Shown one piece after another: positions 41,972 to 50,494 of a DNA stretch of 64,000 nucleotides. The position numbers were made by a program, and so were the translations under genes. The notes under the pieces are model-generated. The model searched no databases and had not been told where the DNA came from. It worked only from the letters and a program-made list of their open reading frames with translations. Each line of letters starts with the position of its first letter. The first letter of the stretch is position 1. The stretch lies in the IMG/VR virus record IMGVR_UViG_2974640449_000001, positions 64,242 to 128,241 of that record; one strand, given 5' to 3'. This stretch comes from a virus (Duplodnaviria; Heunggongvirae; Uroviricota; Caudoviricetes; Demerecviridae).

Positions 41972-43582
41972 ATGTCATACAACATCCCTTACCTAGCAGC
42001 ACTTATCACTGACGGCTACAAAGTATTCCACCCGTTTGCTTACCGCCTAGGCACTACTCATGTATACAGTAACGGTACTGCCCGTTTTAATAAACACTCG
42101 AACGTACCAAATAACGCTGAAATCGTTCACTTTGGTATCCAAATGGCTCTACAGAAGCTAAACACATTGTGGAACGAGAACTTCTTCAAACACCCTAAAG
42201 AAGCAGTTCTAGCAGAATACCAACGTGTTATCTCTGGCTACCTAGGCAAGAAAATTAGCGTAGACCATATTGCTAAACTACACGATGTTGGTTATCTGCC
42301 AATCGAAGTTAAGTCACTACCCGAAGGTTCTCTTGTACCTTACGGTGTGCCACCATACACTATTCATAACACTGTGGAAGGTCTAGGTTGGGTGACTAAC
42401 TTGCTAGAAACTCCATTCAGTGCTGAATATTGGCCAGCAGTAACATCTGCAACTACTGCGTTTGCTTACCGCTCTCGCTTTGAACAAGTACCTGCACTAC
42501 GTGCTGGCGGCATGATTAAGTTCATGGGTCACGACTTCTCTGCTCGTGGACTATGGGGTATGTTTGCACCAGAGCAGAATGGTCACTTGACTTCATTCGT
42601 CGGTACAGACTCTATGGTATCAGGTCTAGCAATGGAACAATACTATGATGCTCGTATCGACAAAGAGCTAGTAATGGCTTCTGTTGATGCTACAGAACAC
42701 TCAGTAATGTGTTCATACGAAACAGAGAACGAGCTAGAATCATTGATTCACTTGATTAGCAACGTTACTCCAAACGGTATTATCTCTATCGTTTCGGACA
42801 CATGGGACTTCTGGCAGTTGGTAACTCAATACCTACCACAAATTAAAGACCTAATCATGTCTCGTGATGGTACAGTGGTTATTCGCCCAGACTCAGGCGA
42901 CCCAGTTGAAATCTTGTGTGGTTTGGAAAAACACCCTTACTTCTACGATACTATCGACGAAGCATACGCTAAACTTGACGGCTTCTTTGAAGTAGAAGGT
43001 AAAGTTGTAGATATTGCAGGACAGTGGCGTCGTGCGTCTATCAATCTAGATGGACGTGTTGGTTTTGGTAAACCAATTCCAGAGCACGAAGTGAAAGGTC
43101 TAGTAGAATGTCTATGGGATACCTTCGGTGGTACAGAAGTTGATGGTCTACGTCTACTAGATTCACACATTGGAGCTATCTACGGTGACTCTATTACTCT
43201 AGAACGTCAAGACCAAATTATTAATCGTTTGATTGCTAAAGGTTTCGTTCCTAGCGTAGTCCTTGGTATTGGTTCGTTCACATACCAGTACGTTACTCGT
43301 GATACTCACGGCTTTGCTATTAAAGCTACTGACATTCAAGTTGGTGAAGGCAATCACATTGCTATTAGCAAAGACCCTAAAACTGACCAGAGCAAAAAGT
43401 CTGCTAAAGGCTTGCTGATGGTCGTAAAAGACGGCGATAGCTACCGTCTAGTGGCAGACGTTACTCCAGAGCAGGAAGCTTCTGACGAAAACTGCCTAAA
43501 AACTATCTTCAAAGACGGTGAGTTCGTTAAACGTACCTCACTTGCTGAAATCCGTGCTCGAATTGACTCGCATTTCGAATAA
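41972..43582 (+). CDS. nadV: nicotinamide phosphoribosyltransferase (NAMPT/NadV) family protein; candidate Namat of a NAD+ reconstitution pathway
   Basis: N-terminal ALITDGYKVFHPFAY ~ NAMPT LLATDSYKVTHYKQY; 536 aa. Confidence 0.8.
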   Translation: MSYNIPYLAALITDGYKVFHPFAYRLGTTHVYSNGTARFNKHSNVPNNAEIVHFGIQMALQKLNTLWNENFFKHPKEAVLAEYQRVISGYLGKKISVDHIAKLHDVGYLPIEVKSLPEGSLVPYGVPPYTIHNTVEGLGWVTNLLETPFSAEYWPAVTSATTAFAYRSRFEQVPALRAGGMIKFMGHDFSARGLWGMFAPEQNGHLTSFVGTDSMVSGLAMEQYYDARIDKELVMASVDATEHSVMCSYETENELESLIHLISNVTPNGIISIVSDTWDFWQLVTQYLPQIKDLIMSRDGTVVIRPDSGDPVEILCGLEKHPYFYDTIDEAYAKLDGFFEVEGKVVDIAGQWRRASINLDGRVGFGKPIPEHEVKGLVECLWDTFGGTEVDGLRLLDSHIGAIYGDSITLERQDQIINRLIAKGFVPSVVLGIGSFTYQYVTRDTHGFAIKATDIQVGEGNHIAISKDPKTDQSKKSAKGLLMVVKDGDSYRLVADVTPEQEASDENCLKTIFKDGEFVKRTSLAEIRARIDSHFE

Positions 43583-43603
43583 TAAATTAAAGTAAATAAA
43601 AGA

Positions 43604-43628
43604 AAAGGCTACCTAGGTAGCCTTTTAT
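43604..43628 (+). terminator. rho-independent terminator
   Basis: AAAGGCTACC-tag-GTAGCCTTTT. Confidence 0.7.
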
Positions 43629-43645
43629 ATTCGTGGGAGAATATA

Positions 43646-44293
43646 TTGATAGAATTATTAGATTTTCATGGTAGCGACAACGCTATTGCTAACAGTGCTC
43701 GTGTTAGTTTTGCTGATTTTGGTGTCTGGAATGAAATTCCAGAGAATTACTCCGTGGAGCGACGGAATAAACTAATCAAGTACCTAGCCAACCATAAACA
43801 TTTAACCCCATTCAGACACACTTCACTAAGTATTCGCTGTAAAGCACCTATTTTTATCGCACGGCAGTTAGGTAAACACCAAGCAGGTTTATCTTGGAAT
43901 GAAGTATCTAGACGTTATGTAAAATCTAATGTAGAGTTCTTTATTCCTGAAAAATGGAGAGCAGCACCTGAAGGTAGTATAAAGCAGGGGAGCGCAGGTA
44001 CACACCCAGATAATGATAATATTAAGCTAGGCTATGATCACTTTATCGAGCATTGTGAGGAGTTCTATAATAGACTTCTCTCCGATGGAGTGGCTCCAGA
44101 AATGGCTAGAATGGTTCTCCCTCAATCTATGATGACAGAATGGGTATGGACGGGTAATCTACTTGCGATGGCTCACATTTATAAGGAACGAAGTGCTCCT
44201 GGAGCGCAGGAAGAAGTGAGAGAGTTCGCTAAAGAATTAGACTCAGTTATAAGACCACTCTTTCCAATTTCTTGGTCTGCTTTAGTAGATTAA
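43646..44293 (+). CDS. thyX: flavin-dependent thymidylate synthase
   Basis: RHTSLSIRCKAPIFIARQLGKH ~ ThyX RHR..S...Q.xR signature; TTG start behind GGGAGA. Confidence 0.65.
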   Translation: MIELLDFHGSDNAIANSARVSFADFGVWNEIPENYSVERRNKLIKYLANHKHLTPFRHTSLSIRCKAPIFIARQLGKHQAGLSWNEVSRRYVKSNVEFFIPEKWRAAPEGSIKQGSAGTHPDNDNIKLGYDHFIEHCEEFYNRLLSDGVAPEMARMVLPQSMMTEWVWTGNLLAMAHIYKERSAPGAQEEVREFAKELDSVIRPLFPISWSALVD

Positions 44294-44305
44294 TTAAAAT
44301 TAGGC

Positions 44306-44334
44306 TTGCTTCGGCAAGCCTTTTAACGTATAAT
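44306..44334 (+). promoter_or_regulatory. terminator hairpin GGCTTGCTTCGGCAAGCC providing the -35 of an early promoter with full leader
   Basis: GGCTTGCTTCGGCAAGCCttttaacgTATAATagttacataaagttgagaaacggagattg. Confidence 0.65.
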
Positions 44335-44366
44335 AGTTACATAAAGTTGAGAAACGGAGATTGAAT

Positions 44367-44567
44367 ATGTATTTAATGAGTGTTACTGCCTACTTCGCCA
44401 CTACTTTCTTCAAGTATGGTTTTCTAGCTACCACCACTGAAACCTTTCCTACAAAGGAGCAGTGTGAGGCTGCTAAGTCTCAAGTAGTTTACCAGATTCG
44501 CCAAAGCACCAAAGGCGACATAGATAAACTTAACGCATCTTGTACTTATATTGGAGACGAGAAATGA
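44367..44567 (+). CDS. hypothetical protein (66 aa)
   Basis: ATG 6 nt after GGAGATTGAAT. Confidence 0.4.
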   Translation: MYLMSVTAYFATTFFKYGFLATTTETFPTKEQCEAAKSQVVYQIRQSTKGDIDKLNASCTYIGDEK

Positions 44568-44818
44568 CAGATTTGATTGAAAAACGTTTACGTGCTGAAC
44601 TAGGTAAGGCTGTACATGCTTTTGGGGCTGGCGTTGATAAAATTGAGCGCCTTAATAAAATCCAAGCCGAAGGCACAGACGGGCTAAAGGTAACAAAGAA
44701 GGCATATAAAGCTATCCGAGAGCTAGAAGACGCCTGGCTAGCTAAAAGTGCGTTACAGGGCGAGCTAAATCGTTGTGAACGTAACCTAAAGAACTACCTA
44801 TTTGAAAAATACATGTAA
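44564..44818 (+). CDS. hypothetical coiled-coil protein (84 aa)
   Basis: ATGA coupling. Confidence 0.4.
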   Translation: MTDLIEKRLRAELGKAVHAFGAGVDKIERLNKIQAEGTDGLKVTKKAYKAIRELEDAWLAKSALQGELNRCERNLKNYLFEKYM

Positions 44819-44827
44819 GGTGAAGAT

Positions 44828-45196
44828 ATGAAGGCATTTGAAGTAAACCTACAAACTGAGCCAGTAATCGTATTCTGCGACCCAGAAAAAGCACAGCAAT
44901 TTTTCATTGACGACAATGCTAAAGATGCTTGGCGTAATTACTTTTGGGGCTGCGACGATTTAGGAGATTTAGCAGAGAACCTTGCTAAAATGTTCTACCA
45001 CCAAAAGGACTGCCTAGGCGACCCGTTTATTGAAGGTTTTGGCGTAGCTAAGTTCAACACCACCAAGAAAGTGTGGGAAATTGAAGATTCACATTTCGGT
45101 AAGATTATTATCGAGATGGAAGACATAGACCACCATTGGGATGTGCAAGACGTTAGCAAAAACCTTAATAAAGAACTTGCTCGTTTGGTAAAATAA
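44828..45196 (+). CDS. hypothetical acidic protein (122 aa)
   Basis: RBS AAGGTGAAGATATG. Confidence 0.45.
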   Translation: MKAFEVNLQTEPVIVFCDPEKAQQFFIDDNAKDAWRNYFWGCDDLGDLAENLAKMFYHQKDCLGDPFIEGFGVAKFNTTKKVWEIEDSHFGKIIIEMEDIDHHWDVQDVSKNLNKELARLVK

Positions 45197-45205
45197 ACGT
45201 ATAAT
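45177..45205 (+). promoter_or_regulatory. early promoter TTGCTC-17-TATAAT with full conserved leader
   Basis: cTTGCTCgtttggtaaaataaacgTATAATagttacataaagttgagagacggagattg. Confidence 0.6.
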
Positions 45206-45236
45206 AGTTACATAAAGTTGAGAGACGGAGATTGTC

Positions 45237-45755
45237 ATGGAAAATACAGAAAAGAAAGTGTGGGTTTACAGAGTTGGTAGCGGTCGTCTATGGCATATGC
45301 CTAGTCCTTCTAGTTTTCACCTAATGGACAAAGGCGAGCCAATGACCCACGAAGATGCTCAGGAGCGTTTATGGGAAGAACGTGAGACTCATGCCGATGG
45401 ACATGAAGAATATGAAATGTGCATGGAATGTCAAGGCGACGGTTGCGAAAACTGTGACGACGAAGGTGGTTGGTACGAAGATTGGTCTGAAACAGTAGAG
45501 CGTACTACATATTGCTACCTAGAAGAATACGACCCTGAAGTACATTACGTAGTTAAGTCTAACTTCCCTGAACACCTATTATGGAAGGCTCGTGAAGTAG
45601 AAAAACAACACCAACGTCAAGCTGATATGCTAGACAGCAAGATAGAAGAATTACAAAAGCAACTCTACGAAGCTAAAGTAAAGCGTGGTGAAGTAGGCTA
45701 TCAACTTGCAGCGGCTAAACTAAATCGTAAAGAAACAGAGGATAAATACGCATGA
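45237..45755 (+). CDS. acidic protein with CxxC..C..CxxC metal-binding cluster (172 aa)
   Basis: CMECQGDGCENCDDEGG. Confidence 0.45.
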   Translation: MENTEKKVWVYRVGSGRLWHMPSPSSFHLMDKGEPMTHEDAQERLWEERETHADGHEEYEMCMECQGDGCENCDDEGGWYEDWSETVERTTYCYLEEYDPEVHYVVKSNFPEHLLWKAREVEKQHQRQADMLDSKIEELQKQLYEAKVKRGEVGYQLAAAKLNRKETEDKYA

Positions 45756-46129
45756 TTGTTAAAGACACATTAAAACTTCAACTAGCTAGCCTAATCGACT
45801 TTGCTAACGTGTTGGGCTTCTACCTAACACAAAACGAGCGTGGTCACAAATTCTTTGAAGATAAGCGTGGCTTTAAAGTATCAATGAATCATATGATTGG
45901 CTACCATAACGGTAATGTTAGAGGCTGTCATACTTTCCATACATTCCAAGATGTTGCTCGCTCTCTGTCTAATATCTTGTGTACTGAGTTCACAGCTAAC
46001 CAAGTTGAAGTAGCATACAACAGCCGTCGTTGCTACACATTTAAATACCGTTATAATAAAAAGACAGCTAAATTTATTGGTTCACAATATGATAACGTTG
46101 TCAAACTACTACCAGGAGTAACTCTATGA
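45752..46129 (+). CDS. hypothetical protein, paralog of 47556-47951
   Basis: About 45% identity over 120 aa with the 47556 ORF (ASLIDFANVLGFYLTQNERGHKFF vs LSLVAFANSLGFYMVQNERGLRFF). Confidence 0.5.
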   Translation: MIVKDTLKLQLASLIDFANVLGFYLTQNERGHKFFEDKRGFKVSMNHMIGYHNGNVRGCHTFHTFQDVARSLSNILCTEFTANQVEVAYNSRRCYTFKYRYNKKTAKFIGSQYDNVVKLLPGVTL

Positions 46130-46323
46130 GAATGTTAATGCTACCTCTATGCTTAATTGCAGGTCTATTTATTGGTGAGCTTATCAAGGGCAACATCAAC
46201 AGTACCGAATATTGGCAAGACTATACTTGTGAAGAGCTAGCAGAAGTACCTGAGTCTGGGTATCCTCAAGAAGCAAAAGACAAAGCACTAGAAGTTTTTA
46301 ACACCAAATGCGCAATTAAGTAA
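46126..46323 (+). CDS. small membrane protein (65 aa)
   Basis: MRMLMLPLCLIAGLFIG TM segment. Confidence 0.4.
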   Translation: MRMLMLPLCLIAGLFIGELIKGNINSTEYWQDYTCEELAEVPESGYPQEAKDKALEVFNTKCAIK

Positions 46324-46336
46324 GAGAGAAGATATA

Positions 46337-47323
46337 ATGGAAGCAATTAAATACCCAAGCACCGGTCAATTCCGTAACGCAGCTAAATTCCTACAACATA
46401 ACACTCCGGCAGGTTCTCTAGTGCCTATGGTTGGTACTGTTAAAATCCACGGTACTAACGGTAGTATGGTTATGCTAGAAGATGGTACTATCCACTTCCA
46501 GTCTAAGAGCCGTGTACTAGATACCCACAATGATAACTCTGGCTTCTGTAACTACATGCTAGAACAGCCTGTAGAAGAACTATTTGAGAAGTTCATTGCT
46601 CAGTACAAAAAATATTACGGCAAGCACCCAGCATTCCCTATCGAAATCGCAGGTGAATGGGCAGGTAAAGGTATCCAAAAAGGTGTGGCTGTCAGTGAAG
46701 TAGATAAGTTCTTCACTATCTTCGGATTCCGTGTTGGTTGCGAAGTAGATAATGGCGGTAAGCTAATTGGTTGGCTAACTAACCACAAGTTCAACGATGT
46801 GAGCCTACACGAAAGTCGTATCTACAACGCTTACGACTTCGGTTGCTACCGAATCACTATCAACACTGCAATGCCTCAATTGGCAACTGAGCGTCTTCAA
46901 GAGCTTACCCTAGAAGTAGAGAAGGAGTGTCCGGTAGGTAAATACTTCGGTATTGAAGGTGTTGGTGAAGGTATCGTATGGACTCCGGTTGACGATGCAC
47001 TAGCAGACAACCCAGGTGGCTGGTTCAAGGTTAAAGGTCAGAAGCACAGCGTTAGCAAAGTCAGCAAACTAGCGTCTGTAGACCCTGAAAAACTACGCAA
47101 CATCCAAGAGTTCGTGGATTACGCTGTAACTGAAAACCGTCTAGAACAAGGTCTACAGGAAGTGGGTCTGGACATGAAACTAACTGGAAAGTTCATCGGT
47201 TGGGTTAACAAAGATATTTACAAAGAAGAAAAGGATGTTCTGGAAGCTAATGGCTTGACTATGAAGGAAGTTGGCAACCTACTAAGTCAAAAAGCTCGTG
47301 AATTTTACTTCTCTAAGATGTAA
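46337..47323 (+). CDS. RNA ligase 2 family (T4 Rnl2-like) nucleotidyltransferase
   Basis: Motif I VKIHGTNGSM matches Rnl2 EKIHGTNFSL; 328 aa. Confidence 0.65.
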   Translation: MEAIKYPSTGQFRNAAKFLQHNTPAGSLVPMVGTVKIHGTNGSMVMLEDGTIHFQSKSRVLDTHNDNSGFCNYMLEQPVEELFEKFIAQYKKYYGKHPAFPIEIAGEWAGKGIQKGVAVSEVDKFFTIFGFRVGCEVDNGGKLIGWLTNHKFNDVSLHESRIYNAYDFGCYRITINTAMPQLATERLQELTLEVEKECPVGKYFGIEGVGEGIVWTPVDDALADNPGGWFKVKGQKHSVSKVSKLASVDPEKLRNIQEFVDYAVTENRLEQGLQEVGLDMKLTGKFIGWVNKDIYKEEKDVLEANGLTMKEVGNLLSQKAREFYFSKM

Positions 47324-47340
47324 TTAAGATAAAAACGGGG

Positions 47341-47369
47341 TTGCTAAAACAGCCCCGTTCAAGTATAAT
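47341..47369 (+). promoter_or_regulatory. hairpin (ACGGGGTTGCTAAAACAGCCCCGT) overlapping the -35 of an early promoter with leader
   Basis: ggggTTGCTAaaacagccccgttcaagTATAATagttacataaagttgagaaac. Confidence 0.6.
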
Positions 47370-47555
47370 AGTTACATAAAGTTGAGAAACGCACGAAAGA
47401 TTATGAAAAAGCTTTTCTAACCTGCGACGGTCAGGTCAAGTGGCTTCAACGACGAGAGAAAGAACTCCAGAAAGAGTTGAAGCAAGTAAAAACACAATTA
47501 GGTCTTGCAGTACACGCTAGAGCGGCTGCCAAACTAAAACTAAGAGAGAATAAAG

Positions 47556-47951
47556 ATGATTAAAGATACACTATTTATTCAAGAACTAAGTCTAGTTGCT
47601 TTTGCTAACTCACTAGGCTTCTACATGGTACAGAACGAACGTGGTCTACGTTTCTTCGCAGACGCTCGTGACGTGAAAGTTTCATTCGACCGCATGATTG
47701 AATGGCACAACGGTGTGGTTCGTGGTCGTGGTTTCTGGTGTATGTCACTAGCTAACATCTCTGAGTGGATTTCTCAAGTAGCGTGTCGTCGCATCACAAA
47801 AGAAGAGCTAGCAAAAGCTTATGATGAGCGTCTTGTGTGCGAGATCAAGTACAAATACAGCAAGAAGAAAGCTCGTTGGGTTAAACAATACGACACTGAC
47901 AACATCATCAAATACACTGAACGTGGTCGTGCTAACTACGGCATTAAGTAA
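47556..47951 (+). CDS. hypothetical protein, paralog of 45752-46129
   Basis: See the paralog; 131 aa. Confidence 0.5.
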   Translation: MIKDTLFIQELSLVAFANSLGFYMVQNERGLRFFADARDVKVSFDRMIEWHNGVVRGRGFWCMSLANISEWISQVACRRITKEELAKAYDERLVCEIKYKYSKKKARWVKQYDTDNIIKYTERGRANYGIK

Positions 47952-47963
47952 AGGAGAAACATT

Positions 47964-48236
47964 ATGAATAAAACCTACAAACTACCTATTACGTTAACAC
48001 TACTAGTTTGTTGTATAATGATGTTGTTAGGCATCGCAATCCCTACAATAGCAGGGCATTTGACTTTCTTAACTGGTGTTATAGGAACAGCCTTATGTAT
48101 GGTCGCTTTTATACTTAATAGTATCTTTGGTAGTATACAAGCTTTTAGGTTAGAGCAAAAGAATAATGCTATATTCTTGGAATCCTTGTCGATTAATATA
48201 GCTAGAATTCAAGGGGCGATGGAGAGTACGAAATAA
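47964..48236 (+). CDS. membrane protein (90 aa, 2 TM)
   Basis: LPITLTLLVCCIMMLLGIAIPTIAG. Confidence 0.45.
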   Translation: MNKTYKLPITLTLLVCCIMMLLGIAIPTIAGHLTFLTGVIGTALCMVAFILNSIFGSIQAFRLEQKNNAIFLESLSINIARIQGAMESTK

Positions 48237-48249
48237 TTAAAATAAAGGG

Positions 48250-48278
48250 TTGCTTCGGCAGCCCTTTTCGCGTATAAT
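48250..48278 (+). promoter_or_regulatory. terminator hairpin GGGTTGCTTCGGCAGCCC providing the -35 of an early promoter with leader
   Basis: GGGTTGCTTCGGCAGCCCttttcgcgTATAATagttacataaagttgagaaag. Confidence 0.65.
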
Positions 48279-48311
48279 AGTTACATAAAGTTGAGAAAGA
48301 GAGAAAAGCTT

Positions 48312-48593
48312 ATGTCAAACATCCAACAGATTTTTCGTGTTCAAATGATGCTAGGTAACAAAGGTCAAGAAGACTTTAAAACGTTCTACAGCAACTTTGA
48401 AAAGGATTCTCAATATTCTGCTGGACGCCATGAGTTCTACATCGAGTATATGGGTAATGAGTGGTGGATTGATACTTTCTCAAGACACCTATGCTGTGTA
48501 ACTGAGTTCGATACTATTGAAGCTGCACAAAAAGCAGAACAAGAAGGCTTTGAAATCCTAGCGTCATACGGTTACTGGAAGGAAGAAGAATAA
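48312..48593 (+). CDS. hypothetical protein (93 aa)
   Basis: Start moved to ATG 48312. Confidence 0.45.
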   Translation: MSNIQQIFRVQMMLGNKGQEDFKTFYSNFEKDSQYSAGRHEFYIEYMGNEWWIDTFSRHLCCVTEFDTIEAAQKAEQEGFEILASYGYWKEEE

Positions 48594-48877
48594 TGAAGAT
48601 TAAAGAACTATGGCAAGTAAAGTGTGTTAATGGCTGGACTTATGTAGGTGATTGGAGATATTGGGGTGACCCTGAAGGTATGATTCTAGTTACTTTTAGA
48701 CGTAGCCAGCTTCAAGAGCTTCTATCGTGTTTGACTAGACGTTGCAAAACAGACAACTTCAAATACCTATATGGTAGCAATCTAGTTAATATACGTAGCG
48801 AAGAACATAACTCTAACATCTACTGCCACGAAGCGTACATCCCATCTATTATTAAAACACTGGAGAATTTACGATGA
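48593..48877 (+). CDS. hypothetical protein (94 aa)
   Basis: ATGA coupling. Confidence 0.45.
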   Translation: MKIKELWQVKCVNGWTYVGDWRYWGDPEGMILVTFRRSQLQELLSCLTRRCKTDNFKYLYGSNLVNIRSEEHNSNIYCHEAYIPSIIKTLENLR

Positions 48878-49026
48878 AAAAGAAAATCATAGAGCTACTG
48901 GAGAGCATTATCAAAAATCAGTTGGAAATTATTAATAATCAGAAAAAGATTAAAGCAGCTATAGCGGATTTAAGCGTGGAAAGATACAGTCAGAAAAGAA
49001 ACGATTGTATGAGTGGTTGGGATTGA
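48874..49026 (+). CDS. small coiled peptide (50 aa), paralog of the minus-strand ORF 56558-56695
   Basis: MKKKIIELLESIIKNQLEIINNQKKI vs MKKIIELLQLVVNNQKLILENQRVI. Confidence 0.35.
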   Translation: MKKKIIELLESIIKNQLEIINNQKKIKAAIADLSVERYSQKRNDCMSGWD

Positions 49027-49042
49027 TTTTTCATTTCTTGAT

Positions 49043-49071
49043 TTGTCAAAACATCGAAATCTTTATATAAT
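49043..49071 (+). promoter_or_regulatory. early promoter TTGTCA-17-TATAAT with leader
   Basis: atTTGTCAaaacatcgaaatctttaTATAATatatacataaattgaaacggagattg. Confidence 0.6.
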
Positions 49072-49101
49072 ATATACATAAATTGAAACGGAGATTGTCT
49101 T

Positions 49102-49659
49102 ATGAAATTTGATATGTACTGTGATTGGGCACCATTTGGTATTGGCGTAGTTGTTGTTGAAGAAGGTCGTGGTGTTTACTTTAACCGCTACGAGACTCAG
49201 TGGACTAACCAAAGCAACTCATGCCAAGGTGAACTAGAAGCCATCAACATCTGTCTTGATATTATTGATGAGCTAGGGTTACAGAACGTTACGATTCATA
49301 CAGACCATGAGCCGTTGACTCAATCATTAGAGCGTGGAACTATCCCACAATGTAAAAAGACTAGAAAGAAAGCTTCTCGTGCTAACAAGGTTGCTTTATA
49401 CACTAAAACCATTAATCGTATCAAAGAAGGCAACATTAATGTAGAGCATTGTAAAGCGCACTCTGGTCATGTTTACAGCAACGCTGCTGATGTACTTACT
49501 CGTAAAAATACAGAAGCTCACCCAGAATGGATGGATAGACTACGTGCTAACAATAAATTCCACCAAGCGGCTAAGAAAGTGACTAAACCAAATCCTACCC
49601 TTTGGGACGTTGTTCAAGCTTGGTTCATCAACCTAACTTACGGAGCAGTAGCATGTTAA
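49102..49659 (+). CDS. RNase H-like fold protein (second RNase H-type gene)
   Basis: YCDWAP..G.GVVV...., ...QGELEAI...., TIHTDHE..., HCKAHSGHVYSNAADVL: D/E/D/H...D order as in RNase HI. Confidence 0.45.
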   Translation: MKFDMYCDWAPFGIGVVVVEEGRGVYFNRYETQWTNQSNSCQGELEAINICLDIIDELGLQNVTIHTDHEPLTQSLERGTIPQCKKTRKKASRANKVALYTKTINRIKEGNINVEHCKAHSGHVYSNAADVLTRKNTEAHPEWMDRLRANNKFHQAAKKVTKPNPTLWDVVQAWFINLTYGAVAC

Positions 49660-49811
49660 AAGATATTCCGGCAGATGTATGGAAAGTAGCAGCAGTGAGT
49701 ATTCCTATTCTTATGGGTCTTGGAGCACCATTCTTACTTGCAGTAGTCAACGTAGCTATTTGTATTTACAGTGCTAAAACAGCACCATTACTGGAGGTGT
49801 TTAAAAAATGA
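49653..49811 (+). CDS. small membrane protein (52 aa)
   Basis: Start at ATG 49653 overlapping the upstream stop; VSIPILMGLGAPFLLAVVNVAICIY. Confidence 0.35.
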   Translation: MLKDIPADVWKVAAVSIPILMGLGAPFLLAVVNVAICIYSAKTAPLLEVFKK

Positions 49812-50434
49812 AACTAGAATACACTTTTACACCAAAATTTAAAAATAAAGTTCGAGAGCTAAGAAACCAGCTTCGAGAACGTCGTGCAGAGTATGAAGCA
49901 CTGCTTGACAGCTTCTATCAAGAAGCAAACAAACACAAAATCGAGATGTATTCTCTAGCTAGAAACTTCTTAACTAATAGCATGGAAATTAATAAACAGC
50001 GACCAGTTAAATGGGGGTTGTTTAATCTACAAACTCGTTTTGAAACATACACTATTAAGGACTTTGACAAAGAAAAGGCAATCGAGTCAGTTAAACCACA
50101 TAAAGTAAGAGAAATCACCAAAGATGCTTTTATTATTGACTTAGTGTGGGATGCACCTGACTTAGAGCGTTTTAATATTCCTGGTGTATGTAAAGTAGAC
50201 GAGAACATGAGCTATGCAGTAGCAAGAGCTAGCAATAGATATAGTGAGTGGTACGAGAACCACAGACAGATTGCTGTTAGTATCTCTAACATTCCACCAA
50301 CATATCGTCTAGTACCAGAAGTTAGCCAAGCTCAGATTGACCAACTTACAAAAATCCTAGAATGTAACGCTGATAAGCTTATTTTCGAAGAAAAGGAAAT
50401 CAGAGCGTTAATCCGACTAGGTTTAAAACTTTAG
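49808..50434 (+). CDS. hypothetical protein (208 aa)
   Basis: ORF, coupled. Confidence 0.5.
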   Translation: MKLEYTFTPKFKNKVRELRNQLRERRAEYEALLDSFYQEANKHKIEMYSLARNFLTNSMEINKQRPVKWGLFNLQTRFETYTIKDFDKEKAIESVKPHKVREITKDAFIIDLVWDAPDLERFNIPGVCKVDENMSYAVARASNRYSEWYENHRQIAVSISNIPPTYRLVPEVSQAQIDQLTKILECNADKLIFEEKEIRALIRLGLKL

Positions 50435-50463
50435 TTGCTTAGGTTTGTAAATTCTTATATAAT
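50435..50463 (+). promoter_or_regulatory. early promoter TTGCTT-17-TATAAT with leader
   Basis: agTTGCTTaggtttgtaaattcttaTATAATatatgtataaattgaaacggagatag. Confidence 0.6.
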
Positions 50464-50494
50464 ATATGTATAAATTGAAACGGAGATAGTCTTT

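Noticed and set aside
43646-44293. Alternative that 43646 ORF is ThyA or dCMP hydroxymethylase rather than ThyX
   Set aside because: Sequence lacks the ThyA active-site Cys-Pro context and instead shows the RHxxxS...R ThyX-type block. Kept as ThyX with moderate confidence.
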